The notes: generated by a model from the sequence alone, not told the origin. A DNA stretch of 62,449 bases, filler included, from an uncultured Methanosarcinales archaeon (GCA_964510025.1; 4 parts of 3 records of this genome joined end to end with filler, not necessarily neighbours in it), one strand, 5' to 3'; counted from the whole stretch's first letter, positions 28,444 through 38,136 are shown. Made by a program: numbers and translations.

Positions 28444-28866
28444 ATGACAGTTGTAGGATTCAACTTCAAAAGCATCGATGTTAAGAGGGAATCAGCTCCG
28501 AAAGGAAAGATAAGCGTAAAGAATAATGTCTCTATCAAGGAAGTGAAAGAAAGTTCCTTTCCATTTGGCAAGGACAGCCAGACAGCTCTGCAGTTTTCTT
28601 TTGAGTTTACCTCAACCTATGATCCTAAAATCGGAAACATCAAACTAGGGGGCGACCTGCTCTTTATCGCACAGAACAAGAAGGTCAAGGATATACTGGC
28701 GGAGTGGAAGAAGACCAAGCAAGTGGACAACGAGATTATGAGGGAGATACTGAATACCATACTGGCCAAGGGAAATATACTTGCGCTTGTCCTGAGCCAG
28801 GAAGTAAATTTGCCGCCGCCAATACCTCTGCCTAAGGTCAATGTCCAGGAGCAGGCCAAGAAGTGA
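28444..28866 (+). CDS. Conserved hypothetical protein
   Basis: 140-aa ORF with GGTGA SD; C-terminal LPPPIPLP. Confidence 0.75.
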   Translation: MTVVGFNFKSIDVKRESAPKGKISVKNNVSIKEVKESSFPFGKDSQTALQFSFEFTSTYDPKIGNIKLGGDLLFIAQNKKVKDILAEWKKTKQVDNEIMREILNTILAKGNILALVLSQEVNLPPPIPLPKVNVQEQAKK

Positions 28867-29707
28867 TCAGCAGGTCAATTCAGCGCCCTTGAACGCAAAC
28901 TGGAACACAAAATCTTCAAAATAAGCCTTTTTATCGACAATCCTTACTATGTGCTCCTCATTTGTTATTGATTCTATGTCTATATTCACATAGCTGTCGA
29001 ACACATCCCCTTCCAGATAGCCCTTATATGTGCAAAATGAGCCGTCCTTAAGGCTGCTTACCAAAGGATCAAGCGTATTATGCACCATCTTCAGTCTCGA
29101 AGGGATTGTCATCAGGATATTCCCTAATCTTGTTGTAGAGCTGCCTTTTGATACAGTGATAGGATAAAAGAAGTTCACCACAATATCCTCTTCATTTATG
29201 CTGATATTGCTCCTTATACCTAACCTGCTGAACTCAAAGTCAATCTTTGAAAAATCATGGTAGGGGATTTTGAGTTCAAAACCCTTTTTACTGATCATAT
29301 CAAGATCGATGCATTCCAAAAACTCAACCACTATATATCGGGAGATTTTCTCTTCTATCTGCCTTAATTCTGGGATATCATCAGAGCCTGCATAATATGG
29401 GACCTTGTGGTTATCAAACATGATAAAATCCACGATATCATAGTCTCCATATNNNNNNNNNNTATTCAGGATCAATATAGCCTGCTTGGTAACCAGAGAG
29501 CCAAATCCCTTTCACAGCCACTTGTTCAAGACAACCTTCGAAATAGTTTTTAAGAAACTTAATATCCTGCTGGTTAAGGATTATGTCGTTTTTTGCCCTA
29601 TTCAGGTTCAGTTCTACCGCTTCTGTCCTTAGATAAAAGAGCATGGCTACAAGGAATATGATAATTATGCCAGTGATTGCAAATATTGTGACCTGGCCTT
29701 TTTTCAT
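28867..29707 (-). CDS. Membrane-anchored protein with KKGQ-type (class III/pilin-like) N-terminus, interrupted by a 10-N gap
   Basis: MKKGQVTIF + hydrophobic helix (29438..29707) continues as 28867..29452 beyond the N10 gap at 29453-29462. Confidence 0.7.
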
Positions 29708-29946
29708 TTCTTGAAGTATTTTTCAGAGCATTCATCAGAGCAGAACCGATAGATCTCGTTGTCCTCGCCCCTTCTTTCAATAAAGTCATCCTGAAGTATC
29801 TTGCCGCAATTCCTGCACTTGGCTCCCTGGCCGTCATCATGAGCTCCTTCGAGAAAGCCTTCCTCCGCGGGGGTCATCTCATCACTATCAACGAGATCCT
29901 CTCTTACTTCTTCCGAATAAACATCATCATTATCATCATCTGGCAT
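29704..29946 (-). CDS. Small acidic protein with TRASH/YHS-like Zn finger
   Basis: CRNCGK...FCSDEC; GGTGA SD before ATG 29946. Confidence 0.75.
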   Translation of the reverse strand: MPDDDNDDVYSEEVREDLVDSDEMTPAEEGFLEGAHDDGQGAKCRNCGKILQDDFIERRGEDNEIYRFCSDECSEKYFKK

Positions 29947-29992
29947 TGGTATCACCTTTTATTATATATTTGATTTTTATTTATATAGTTTG

Positions 29993-30514
29993 CTATTTCA
30001 CCATATTCTCAATTTCCTCAGCTAGCCTTCTTATTTTTTCTGCAACTTTGTCTCCAAGTTCGCTTCTGTATCGGTCTACTGCCTGGTCCGTTTGAATCTC
30101 TTTATCCCCTCTGATCAGATTGTCAGCATGAGTTATTATCTTCTCTTCCTTTGTTAGTGGCATATAGTCCTTCAATGGTAACCCTATTTGCTGCTCCTCA
30201 ATATCCTGTTTCGAGATACCTGCACCAAGATGCCGCTCAGCTATCGTCGCATATTCAGAAAGGCCCTCTTTTCTTAAAATTTCTGCCCCTACAATTCCAT
30301 GTGTTTCTGTTTTCTTAGCTTGAAATCTACCTATATCATGCAGTAAGGAACCTATCTTTATATAGTTTATATCTATATCCGGAATGCCTTTGGCAATCCT
30401 CAAAGCCACCTTTTGAACAGCTCTGGCATGCGCCAGGACTCTTTTGAAAGACTCTTGATTTGTGGAGTATTTCTTAAGAAGCCTGATAGCTTCATCTTCA
30501 GTTAATTTTGACAT
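29993..30514 (-). CDS. HD-domain (HDIG) protein
   Basis: H...LLHDIGR...HG..GA...ERH...EEKIITHAD. Confidence 0.9.
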   Translation of the reverse strand: MSKLTEDEAIRLLKKYSTNQESFKRVLAHARAVQKVALRIAKGIPDIDINYIKIGSLLHDIGRFQAKKTETHGIVGAEILRKEGLSEYATIAERHLGAGISKQDIEEQQIGLPLKDYMPLTKEEKIITHADNLIRGDKEIQTDQAVDRYRSELGDKVAEKIRRLAEEIENMVK

Positions 30515-30551
30515 AAAATATCGGACAACGGCTTAGAATAAATATTTTTCT

Positions 30552-30732
30552 AAAAAAAGTGAGAGTGAACCGGTGTCTTAATGACTTCTCTCCGGTTCAC
30601 TTGTATGATTTGGGAACAAGGCAATGCCTTGTTCCTCACCTCTTTTTCCCCGCCAAGGGAAAAATGACTATGAAGGTCCCCTGATTTCTTATTGTGGGGG
30701 GTGGTTTGAAAGAAGAAGAGATACAGGGGACC
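30552..30732 (-). ncRNA. Putative structured RNA / 3' UTR: four consecutive hairpins ending in a U7 tract
   Basis: Perfect stems at 30564-73/30592-601, 30613-22/30626-35, 30643-50/30657-64 and 30675-83/30724-32; A7 at 30552-58. Confidence 0.55.
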
Positions 30733-30734
30733 CT

Positions 30735-31154
30735 TTAATCTTGCTTCTTTCTGATCTCATGGGGCGGCTTTCTGAACTCTTTTAGCCACATCAAACCTAT
30801 CCTTATCATCTCTTTGTTGAACTTATCAGACATGCTGTAGGTTTTCTTGTATAGGTCATAGTCAACTATGCCCATACTCTTTGTTGGAGTCAAAATGCGA
30901 TCATAAAACTGGCGCTTGTTATAGCTTATCTTTACCCTTTTTCCCTTGTATGGCGGATCTTCCAGCGAATCTGTAATTAGTTTTCCCTCATGAAGCTTTG
31001 TTGCGAACAAGCTCATCTCTGTCTTTGTTATTTCGCCTCCTTTTTCCTTTATCATCCCTATCAGTAACCTTGCCACAATCTCCTGCTGTTTTGTGGCAAA
31101 AATGATCTCGTATATATTGTCAGGCAAATTGAACCTGTCAAATAATATCACCAT
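30735..31154 (-). CDS. Conserved hypothetical protein, possible winged-helix
   Basis: 139-aa ORF; FYDRILTP.KSMGIVDYD...Y pattern resembles a wHTH wing. Confidence 0.7.
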   Translation of the reverse strand: MVILFDRFNLPDNIYEIIFATKQQEIVARLLIGMIKEKGGEITKTEMSLFATKLHEGKLITDSLEDPPYKGKRVKISYNKRQFYDRILTPTKSMGIVDYDLYKKTYSMSDKFNKEMIRIGLMWLKEFRKPPHEIRKKQD

Positions 31155-31229
31155 GATATATATAAAACAGAACTAGTATATAAATATTTCTATTTTAGGA
31201 ACTAGTATAGTTATATGTATATTCGTATA

Positions 31230-32201
31230 TTATTTGATAGTCACGCAAAGATAAGCTGAACCGACAAGCTGCTGAAGAGGAACCTGCTCATTTAATCCTG
31301 GGAAAGGAAGTTGGGCCTGAAGGTGGCCACCACCCACTATGACGATCGATCTTCTGCAGCTATAGTTATCCATAGCTGCTGACACAGACCTTGCAAATAC
31401 TTCTGTGCGATCAATACAGTTCATTCTTGCGTACAAATATGCAAATTTATCAGCCCTTTGTGCCAGATCGTCATAGCCCAGATTGAAATCATCCACTGAA
31501 GTGACCGGCAATGGCATGTCGGCACATAACCCTTTCATTATTCGGAAATACTCTGCAAGGTGCCTTCCGGAATTAGGATCCATCCTAACCGCTTCATCTA
31601 AATCTCCCATCAACATCCTTATCAGAACTGACTTGTACGCAAGAGCTGCAAGCAGCTTCAGAGAAAGATCCCTATCTTCAAGCCCATAGACTGTCAGGTC
31701 TTTCTGACGATAGTATCTCTTGAGAGGAAGATCTATATCCTCTTTTACGACTGTAGCAATACTATCACGTACCTCAGCCCCTTTATATTTAGCAGAAAGA
31801 TAAGGTGCTTTGTCTATCAGTTGCCTAAGCTCTGCAAACAGCTGCTCCACAGCTGCTTCCTTTTCTTCAAACATCTGGTCATATCCGGCCCCCCAATATC
31901 CTTCTAAACCAATGGAATCAACACCGAACCTGTCAATAAGGGCCCCGACAATCGGCGCTGCCTTTCTTCGGTATTCTGTACTGTCTACATCTGCGATATA
32001 GATTATTTCCTTTTGTGAACCTGAAAAGTCTTTATCCCAGACAATAGCATCTTGCGCCTGCAAAAATGCTGCCAGCTGCTCCAATGTCGGTGTCCGACTG
32101 CCTTGTTCTTCATTGCGCTTATCAGGTTCATCTGACTTACAACCAACAATCCTGGAAGCTGCTAGTACTGTCGCCACCTTTAGAAAATCACGTCGCAACA
32201 T
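31230..32201 (-). CDS. Putative Tat-signal lipoprotein
   Basis: MLRRDFLK twin-arginine motif and IVGC lipobox; IGLEG and IVGGGH motifs. Confidence 0.7.
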   Translation of the reverse strand: MLRRDFLKVATVLAASRIVGCKSDEPDKRNEEQGSRTPTLEQLAAFLQAQDAIVWDKDFSGSQKEIIYIADVDSTEYRRKAAPIVGALIDRFGVDSIGLEGYWGAGYDQMFEEKEAAVEQLFAELRQLIDKAPYLSAKYKGAEVRDSIATVVKEDIDLPLKRYYRQKDLTVYGLEDRDLSLKLLAALAYKSVLIRMLMGDLDEAVRMDPNSGRHLAEYFRIMKGLCADMPLPVTSVDDFNLGYDDLAQRADKFAYLYARMNCIDRTEVFARSVSAAMDNYSCRRSIVIVGGGHLQAQLPFPGLNEQVPLQQLVGSAYLCVTIK

Positions 32202-32266
32202 AGCTATATGAGAATAGCTTCTATTATATAAATATACTGAAGATTTTGACAAGTTGGATAGCTCGT

Positions 32267-34138
32267 CTATAAGGGTTCTCTTGAGAAAAATTCCTTTATC
32301 TTCTTCTGATAAAGCTTTGTGATCTTGACATCATAGTCAGGCGGAAAACACCTATAGTAGTTCTCCCAGGCAAACCTCTCATCCAGGAAGATTATCACCC
32401 CTTTGTCTGTCTCAGAGCGGATGCACCTGCCTGCGTTTTGCAGCACTCGTATTATGGCCGGATAAAGATAAGCATAATCCCAGCCTTTGCCGAACTTCCT
32501 GTCATAATAGTCGATCAGCTTCTTTATCTCCAGACTTGGCCTTTCCAAAGGCAAGCCAACCACTATGACTGCCCTTAGGAAATCCCCAGGCAGGTCTACC
32601 CCTTCTCCGAAATTACCTGATGCGACAGCCAGTAATACTGCCCCATTTTTCTTTTCTTTCTTGAATTCCTCCAGAAGGCCATTTTTTTCCTCCTTTGTCA
32701 GATTTCTTTTTTCCAGCAAGAGTCTTTTTGAAGTCTTGCCGTCCAGGAACATAAACACATTATTCCGCAAAAAATAGCTAGGGAAAAACACTATTATGTT
32801 GCCAGGGATGTGCTCAGAAAGCTCTATGATCTTAGCTGCGATATTCTTATACTCAGCGCTGTTCCTTCTGGTATATTTTGTAGTTGTTTCTGGTATAATG
32901 AGATTAAGCCTATTTGATGTAGGGAAGGGATTCTCAAACTCTTTTTCAACAGCCTCCTCAAATCCGAGGATGTCCTTGTACATGAAGGTGGGGGTCAAGG
33001 TGCCGCTCATGATCATGACGCTATATGCAGTCTGGTTGACCTCTTTGGTCACAGGAGACGGATCGAGACACCTGTAGGAAAGCTCCAGGATGGAATTTTT
33101 TTCTGATTGCCTTACTGCAAGTATCCTCGCAAAGCCTTCCCAGTCTTCTTTCCAGTGCTCAAGAAAATAGGCTATAGATGAAAGGTAGCTTTGCCTTTGT
33201 TTTTTTCTTATCTCATCCCCGGCTGATTCAAGGGATTCAATAATTTCGCTGTATTCTTCATCTCCCAACAGATCCTCCTTGTTTACGAATTTCTCTGTCT
33301 TGTGGCCCCCCATATCATCTGATAACCCCTCAAATATTCTGTTTAGGTTTCTGATAATCTCTTTCTGCTCTAAAAAATTGTCTTTTTCTGCTTCTTTTAA
33401 GGCTCTTTTCAGCATGACCGAGGTTAGCCTAGTGGTAAGGGTTTCACGTACCCGTTTGGCAAGGTTATGTGCTTCATCTACGATTACAATAGACTCTTCC
33501 AGCTTTTTATTTGTCTTCAGCAAAAATGCATTTCTTATAGATGGATCAAATATATGGTTATAGTCGGCCACAATTATCTGGGATTCCCTTGAAAGCAATA
33601 TGACCATCTCGTAAGGGCACATCTTCTCTTTTTTGCATATTCTGACAAGCGCTTCTGTACTTAAGGGGCTTTGTTGCTTCAGGCTATCCAGGAACCTTTC
33701 TGCTTTCTTGGTTAGCTTGGATTCCTTTTTCACATTTAGATAGAAGTCGCATTTCTTGTCTTCTCTTAGTTTTTTGCAATAGTCGCTGAACTCGCCTGAG
33801 AACAGTACTTCAACAGCGGGCTGTATGCACATCCACTTCTTGCCGATTATATCAGCTGCAACTATGTTTTTCTTATGCCGCTTTTTTATCATGGCTATTG
33901 TCTCTATGGCCAGCCTGTGCTGCGTATGCCTGGATGTAAGAAAAAAGACAGTCAGGTTATTGGCGATGGCAAAGCTTAAAGTTGCTGGTATAGTTGCCGC
34001 TGTCTTGCCCAGTCCGGTGGGCGCATGGGCTATAAGATTCTGTCTCTTTTTCAGGCAGCTTACTACAGCCTCTATCAGCTCAGACTGAGTCTGCCTAATC
34101 TCAGGATGCGGAAAAAGAATCTCTTTTTTGGAAACCAT
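32267..34138 (-). CDS. xpd: XPD/Rad3 family FeS DNA helicase
   Basis: APTGLGKT, four FeS Cys (C...C...C...CPYE), DEAHN, SGTL, EGVD, QNAGRCIR; start position uncertain. Confidence 0.92.
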   Translation of the reverse strand: MVSKKEILFPHPEIRQTQSELIEAVVSCLKKRQNLIAHAPTGLGKTAATIPATLSFAIANNLTVFFLTSRHTQHRLAIETIAMIKKRHKKNIVAADIIGKKWMCIQPAVEVLFSGEFSDYCKKLREDKKCDFYLNVKKESKLTKKAERFLDSLKQQSPLSTEALVRICKKEKMCPYEMVILLSRESQIIVADYNHIFDPSIRNAFLLKTNKKLEESIVIVDEAHNLAKRVRETLTTRLTSVMLKRALKEAEKDNFLEQKEIIRNLNRIFEGLSDDMGGHKTEKFVNKEDLLGDEEYSEIIESLESAGDEIRKKQRQSYLSSIAYFLEHWKEDWEGFARILAVRQSEKNSILELSYRCLDPSPVTKEVNQTAYSVMIMSGTLTPTFMYKDILGFEEAVEKEFENPFPTSNRLNLIIPETTTKYTRRNSAEYKNIAAKIIELSEHIPGNIIVFFPSYFLRNNVFMFLDGKTSKRLLLEKRNLTKEEKNGLLEEFKKEKKNGAVLLAVASGNFGEGVDLPGDFLRAVIVVGLPLERPSLEIKKLIDYYDRKFGKGWDYAYLYPAIIRVLQNAGRCIRSETDKGVIIFLDERFAWENYYRCFPPDYDVKITKLYQKKIKEFFSREPL

Positions 34139-34215
34139 CGATACAGGAAGGACACTCCTGTTTTTTAATCTTTCCACTAGAGCATTCGTCTTCATGAGCC
34201 CCATAAATGATGCGC

Positions 34216-34299
34216 ATTTCTGGGCTTCGAAAATCTCTGATTTTCGAAACATAAGAAATAAAATTTCTGGGCTTCGAAAATCTCTGATTTTCGAAACAT
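34216..34299. repeat. Two identical 37-bp palindromic (REP-like) units
   Basis: ATTTCTGGGCTTCGAAAATCTCTGATTTTCGAAACAT at 34216-34252 and 34263-34299; each contains the stem TTCGAAAATC-TCT-GATTTTCGAA. Confidence 0.92.
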
Positions 34300-34357
34300 T
34301 TATATACTAAATAATGATTATCATAACATATATTTTTGATTATATGGGGGTATTACT

Positions 34358-34627
34358 ATGCAGAATAAGGCTATCTTCAATGTTTTTTTCAGAGAAAAAC
34401 CGGCTATGATGTTGGTCCACCTCAAAAATTCTAAAAATCAGATGTATGCCTCAAGCCTCGCCAAACAAATCGATTGCACTTATTCTCACGTTGTAAAAAT
34501 CCTTCAGGAAATGGAAAAAGAAGGGATAGTCAATTTCGACAAGCAGGGACGTTTGAAGCTATTAAGTCTCACTAAGAAAGGACAGGACATTGCAGAACAT
34601 ATCGATAATGTCCGCCTAAACTTATAG
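34358..34627 (+). CDS. MarR-like winged-helix regulator
   Basis: YASSLAKQIDCTYSHVVKILQEMEKEGIV...GR....LTKKG. Confidence 0.85.
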   Translation: MQNKAIFNVFFREKPAMMLVHLKNSKNQMYASSLAKQIDCTYSHVVKILQEMEKEGIVNFDKQGRLKLLSLTKKGQDIAEHIDNVRLNL

Positions 34628-36046
34628 TATCTTTTCCTCCATCGCCTTTTTCTCTAAAATTTCCTTCGCATTTCTTATAAATTCCTGTTCCTTTGTGGTC
34701 GGCAGAACCGCGCCTGCTGCAAACATATGGCCTCCTGCTTCAGCATCCTTTACACTATCTGCTATCTCTTTTATCACAGAAAAGAGATTGACATTTTTCT
34801 CTTGGCCTGATATCCTTAGCGATGCCTTGGTTTTGCCGTTAAGCATATCTGCTATGGACAGTATATAGGTGCCGTCCTTGATATCTCCTGATCGGGATAT
34901 GATAGATGCCAAAGTGCCTATTATGCTTGACAAAACATTATCTTCTGCATTGATTATCATAAATCCATTGCCTTTGATTATCTTATCTGTATTTTTTTCA
35001 TACCATCTGATAGCATTCACTATCTGGCGCTTGTAGTCTTTCAGGTTCCCAATGGCTCTTCTCTTTATCAGCTTATCTCCCAGGCATGCGCCAATTCCAA
35101 GCGAGGCCTTGCCCAGCCTTCCGCAGGCATTGAGCAATGTAGAGAACTCCTTGGCGTCTCTTAGCGGAGATTCTTTTTCTTCGTTCGGCAGTATATACAC
35201 ATTTCCAATGATGTCTTCGGGCTTTGCTTCATCCAGACGCCTCATTATTATCGCTGTTGCCAGTTTCTTCAGCTCCTCATCAGACAGGTGGACTATCTTT
35301 CTCCAGCCCTTTCCATCTTTTGGATTTACACCTATCTGCTGCAGAAACTGGATTGCTCCTGATTCAGATCCAGAAACTCCAGGAATATAGGGGTTCGTGC
35401 TGTATTCAAGAACCTTATACAGCGGTTTTGTCTGAGCACCAAAGACCCTGAGCCCTTTTATCACTTTTATCTTTTGGAGGTTGATGGCCTCCTCTAAAAT
35501 ATCCTTGTTCAGCTTCAGGAAACCATGCTCTTCCTGTATGTCCCCTATAGCGCCTATTATCGGAACATGGGCAAGCTCATTCAGACCCTTGTCGATTGAG
35601 GTGACAAAATAATAGACAACACCTGCACCTGAGATCTCCTTGCCCCCGTCTATCCCAAAAAGATGTGGATTGACATGCAGGATATTGTCGGACAGGCCAA
35701 CCTTTTCTGGCTCGTGATGATCCAATATGAATACCTTCCTGTCCCCAAGAAGATCTGTAATAGCCTTTAGCTGCCCTGAGCCAAGGTCAGTGAAAATGAA
35801 GCACCTGTAAGATTCCTTTGAAAGAGAGTAGATGGTATCCCTGTTAAGCTGCTGCACAATCGAAAGCGAATATTTTCTATTATCTTTGTTCAAGAGTTTT
35901 ATCATCAGAGCTGCGGCAGAGATCCCGTCAGCGTCCAGATGGCTCACAAGCCTTATTGTCTCCTGCTTGTCAATCTTCTTGAACTTTTCTGCAGCATCTT
36001 GTACATGCATCCTAAACTGTTCATATACATCCACATTAAACACCAA
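34622..36046 (-). CDS. DHH/RecJ-like (Cdc45-related) phosphoesterase
   Basis: HLDADG, TDLGSG, LDHH, GAIGD, GGH..AAG motifs. Confidence 0.9.
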   Translation of the reverse strand: MVFNVDVYEQFRMHVQDAAEKFKKIDKQETIRLVSHLDADGISAAALMIKLLNKDNRKYSLSIVQQLNRDTIYSLSKESYRCFIFTDLGSGQLKAITDLLGDRKVFILDHHEPEKVGLSDNILHVNPHLFGIDGGKEISGAGVVYYFVTSIDKGLNELAHVPIIGAIGDIQEEHGFLKLNKDILEEAINLQKIKVIKGLRVFGAQTKPLYKVLEYSTNPYIPGVSGSESGAIQFLQQIGVNPKDGKGWRKIVHLSDEELKKLATAIIMRRLDEAKPEDIIGNVYILPNEEKESPLRDAKEFSTLLNACGRLGKASLGIGACLGDKLIKRRAIGNLKDYKRQIVNAIRWYEKNTDKIIKGNGFMIINAEDNVLSSIIGTLASIISRSGDIKDGTYILSIADMLNGKTKASLRISGQEKNVNLFSVIKEIADSVKDAEAGGHMFAAGAVLPTTKEQEFIRNAKEILEKKAMEEKIL

Positions 36047-36713
36047 ATCTCCTTTCTCTCCGATGGTACTCCTTGATACAATCCATAAGGTCAGCCTTTG
36101 TGAAATCTGGCCAGAGCTTTTCTATGAATATTAGCTCAGTGTAAACACTCTGCCATGTGATGAAATTGCTTAATCTTTGTTCGCCTCCCGGCCTTATCAG
36201 GATGTCAGGCTCGCTTGTCAGGTAGAGATTTTTGCTGATGTTCTTTTCCGTAACCTGCTTTTTTTTCCTGAGTATTCTTCTTACAGAATCGACTATCTCT
36301 TGCCTGCCGCCGTAAGCCAGCGCTAGGTTAAGGATATAGCTGCCATAATGCTCTGTTTTTTTCATGACCTCCTTCATCCTGTCCCGCATATCCCTTGGGA
36401 ACATGGATATCCTGCCGATAATCCTTATCTTTACTTTATTGTCATGGATTATCCGGTCATTGGAGAAGCTGTCAAACTGTTTCTTAAAGAGGTCAAAGAG
36501 ATAGCCAACCTCTTTCTTGTCACGTTTGAAATTTTCTGTAGAAAAACAGTAAAGGGTGGTTTCCTTTATGCTTAATTCCTTGCACCAGTTAAGCAATTCT
36601 TTTATCTTCTGAAACCCTTTTTTGTGCCCCTGCCTTTTTGGGAGATTATGCTTTTTTGCCCAGCGCCTATTACCGTCGAGAATAATAGCAATATGGCTTA
36701 TCTCTTTTTTCAT
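36036..36713 (-). CDS. uppS: cis-polyprenyl diphosphate synthase
   Basis: HIAIILDGNRRWA, FSTENF, YGGRQEI, RLSNF, RRFG. Confidence 0.95.
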   Translation of the reverse strand: MKKEISHIAIILDGNRRWAKKHNLPKRQGHKKGFQKIKELLNWCKELSIKETTLYCFSTENFKRDKKEVGYLFDLFKKQFDSFSNDRIIHDNKVKIRIIGRISMFPRDMRDRMKEVMKKTEHYGSYILNLALAYGGRQEIVDSVRRILRKKKQVTEKNISKNLYLTSEPDILIRPGGEQRLSNFITWQSVYTELIFIEKLWPDFTKADLMDCIKEYHRRERRFGV

Positions 36714-36754
36714 CAGGGAAAAATATAGGATTATCTTGTTTATATATGTTTTGT

Positions 36755-36934
36755 TTAGCCCCTTTCTTTCCTGCTGTCTTCTATGACCTTTTCTTCCCTT
36801 ATCACTTCATTTAATATATCGTTGGCCGTTACCTGCCTTCTCACAGAGTTTTCTGCAGCACAATAAGGGCATCTTGCAGGAATCTTATCTTTGTTGAAAA
36901 TATAGTTGCATTTCGAGCACTGCATCTTTACCAT
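36755..36934 (-). CDS. Small CPxC Zn-finger protein, 59 aa
   Basis: Manual translation MVKMQCSKCNYIFNKDKIPARCPYCAAENSV...; TTTAAATA box ~30 nt upstream; not in the ORF track. Confidence 0.8.
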   Translation of the reverse strand: MVKMQCSKCNYIFNKDKIPARCPYCAAENSVRRQVTANDILNEVIREEKVIEDSRKERG

Positions 36935-36973
36935 ATATCTACACTGGCCTTACGACTATTTAAAATTTTTGGA

Positions 36974-37540
36974 TTAACGTGCTCTTCTCTGGTTAGCCCT
37001 CAGGCTAGGCCTGACTTTTTCTGCCCCTTTGCCCTTCTTATCCAAAGCACGGGACTTTCTGCCTGCTGATGTTATCCCCCTAACCGCTCTTCCTCTCTTA
37101 CAGCATATCCAGTTGAGATTCGGGTCAGCCCTTATATGGGGATTGTCCCTGTCCACCAGAATGACCTCATACCAATAGAAATCCTTGTCTTCACCGACCT
37201 TGTATGAGTTCAGGACAGTGCAGTTTAAATATTTCTTCTGCGCCCTTATCTCAGCTATAACCTGATAACTTATCCTAAGATCTTTCTTACGAGACATATG
37301 CCTGGGCCTTCTGCCTTTCCTGATCTGCGGTCTCTGGCGCTTGCCCCTCTTAACGCGCTGCCTAATGATGAGTATGCCCTGCTTAGCCCTATAGCCCAAG
37401 GAACGTGCCCTGTCTATCCTTGTCGGATATTCAATCCTCACGGTAGCCGGCTCCTCTTTCCATTTAAGGATCCTTTCCCTATAGAACTCGTTATCTTTTG
37501 GATTCTTCCAAATTTTTCTGATATATTTATACATTCCCAT
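36974..37540 (-). CDS. rpl15e: 50S ribosomal protein eL15
   Basis: PTRIDRARSLGYRAKQG, VLNSY, YEVILVD, RGITSAGRKSR. Confidence 0.97.
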   Translation of the reverse strand: MGMYKYIRKIWKNPKDNEFYRERILKWKEEPATVRIEYPTRIDRARSLGYRAKQGILIIRQRVKRGKRQRPQIRKGRRPRHMSRKKDLRISYQVIAEIRAQKKYLNCTVLNSYKVGEDKDFYWYEVILVDRDNPHIRADPNLNWICCKRGRAVRGITSAGRKSRALDKKGKGAEKVRPSLRANQRRAR

Positions 37541-37620
37541 CTTTAGCCTCCATTTTAAACTATCCGGAATTCTGGTAAGCTACTACCAACATCTTCCACA
37601 GTACCCAGAATTAGCCGTTG
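37541..37620 (-). promoter_or_regulatory. Structured 5' leader of rpl15e with GGAGG SD
   Basis: Stem AATTCTGG (37568-75)/CCAGAATT (37605-12) between the TTTAAAT box and the SD. Confidence 0.55.
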
Positions 37621-37683
37621 ATTTAAAAAGATTACGGCTTTTCGAAACCTTTTTATAATATTGGTTAAAATATTGTAATTAAG

Positions 37684-38100
37684 ATGGATGTATCTTCTAT
37701 GATGAAAGTAAACAAGCTGGCAAAGGAGCTTAGGGAAAAGGGGATGGCCGGCACATCTGAGGAAGCCACTAAGCTGGCTGAAAGCTATCTTAATAAGGAG
37801 ATTGTACCTGAAGCAGAGAAGAAGAGTCCGGACAATGATAGGTATGACATACTGTTGGAAAGGCTGCAGAGGAAATTGAACCAGGAGAGAAAGGAGATGC
37901 AGGACAAGGTGCAGTCGCTTGCAAATGATATAGGCTTCATCAAGGAGGAACTGAAGAAACTCAAGCAGGCTAAACCGCAGGAGCCCAGGCAGGAGAAGCT
38001 ACAGCCTAAAACAGAAGACAGAAACCAAAGGACAGGAGACCTTAAACCGGGCGATGTTAAGGTAGAGGAATATTTCTATTACGGCGACAAGAAAAAATAA
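37684..38100 (+). CDS. Hypothetical coiled-coil protein
   Basis: 138-aa ORF; N-terminus LAKELREKGMA resembles that of 56527..56787. Confidence 0.75.
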   Translation: MDVSSMMKVNKLAKELREKGMAGTSEEATKLAESYLNKEIVPEAEKKSPDNDRYDILLERLQRKLNQERKEMQDKVQSLANDIGFIKEELKKLKQAKPQEPRQEKLQPKTEDRNQRTGDLKPGDVKVEEYFYYGDKKK

Positions 38101-38136
38101 AAAGTTATTTATATACTGACTTCTTTTTGGATTCTA

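Noticed and set aside
29438..29475. Frameshift or two separate genes at 28867-29707
   Set aside because: The frame change coincides with a 10-N scaffold gap of unknown true length.
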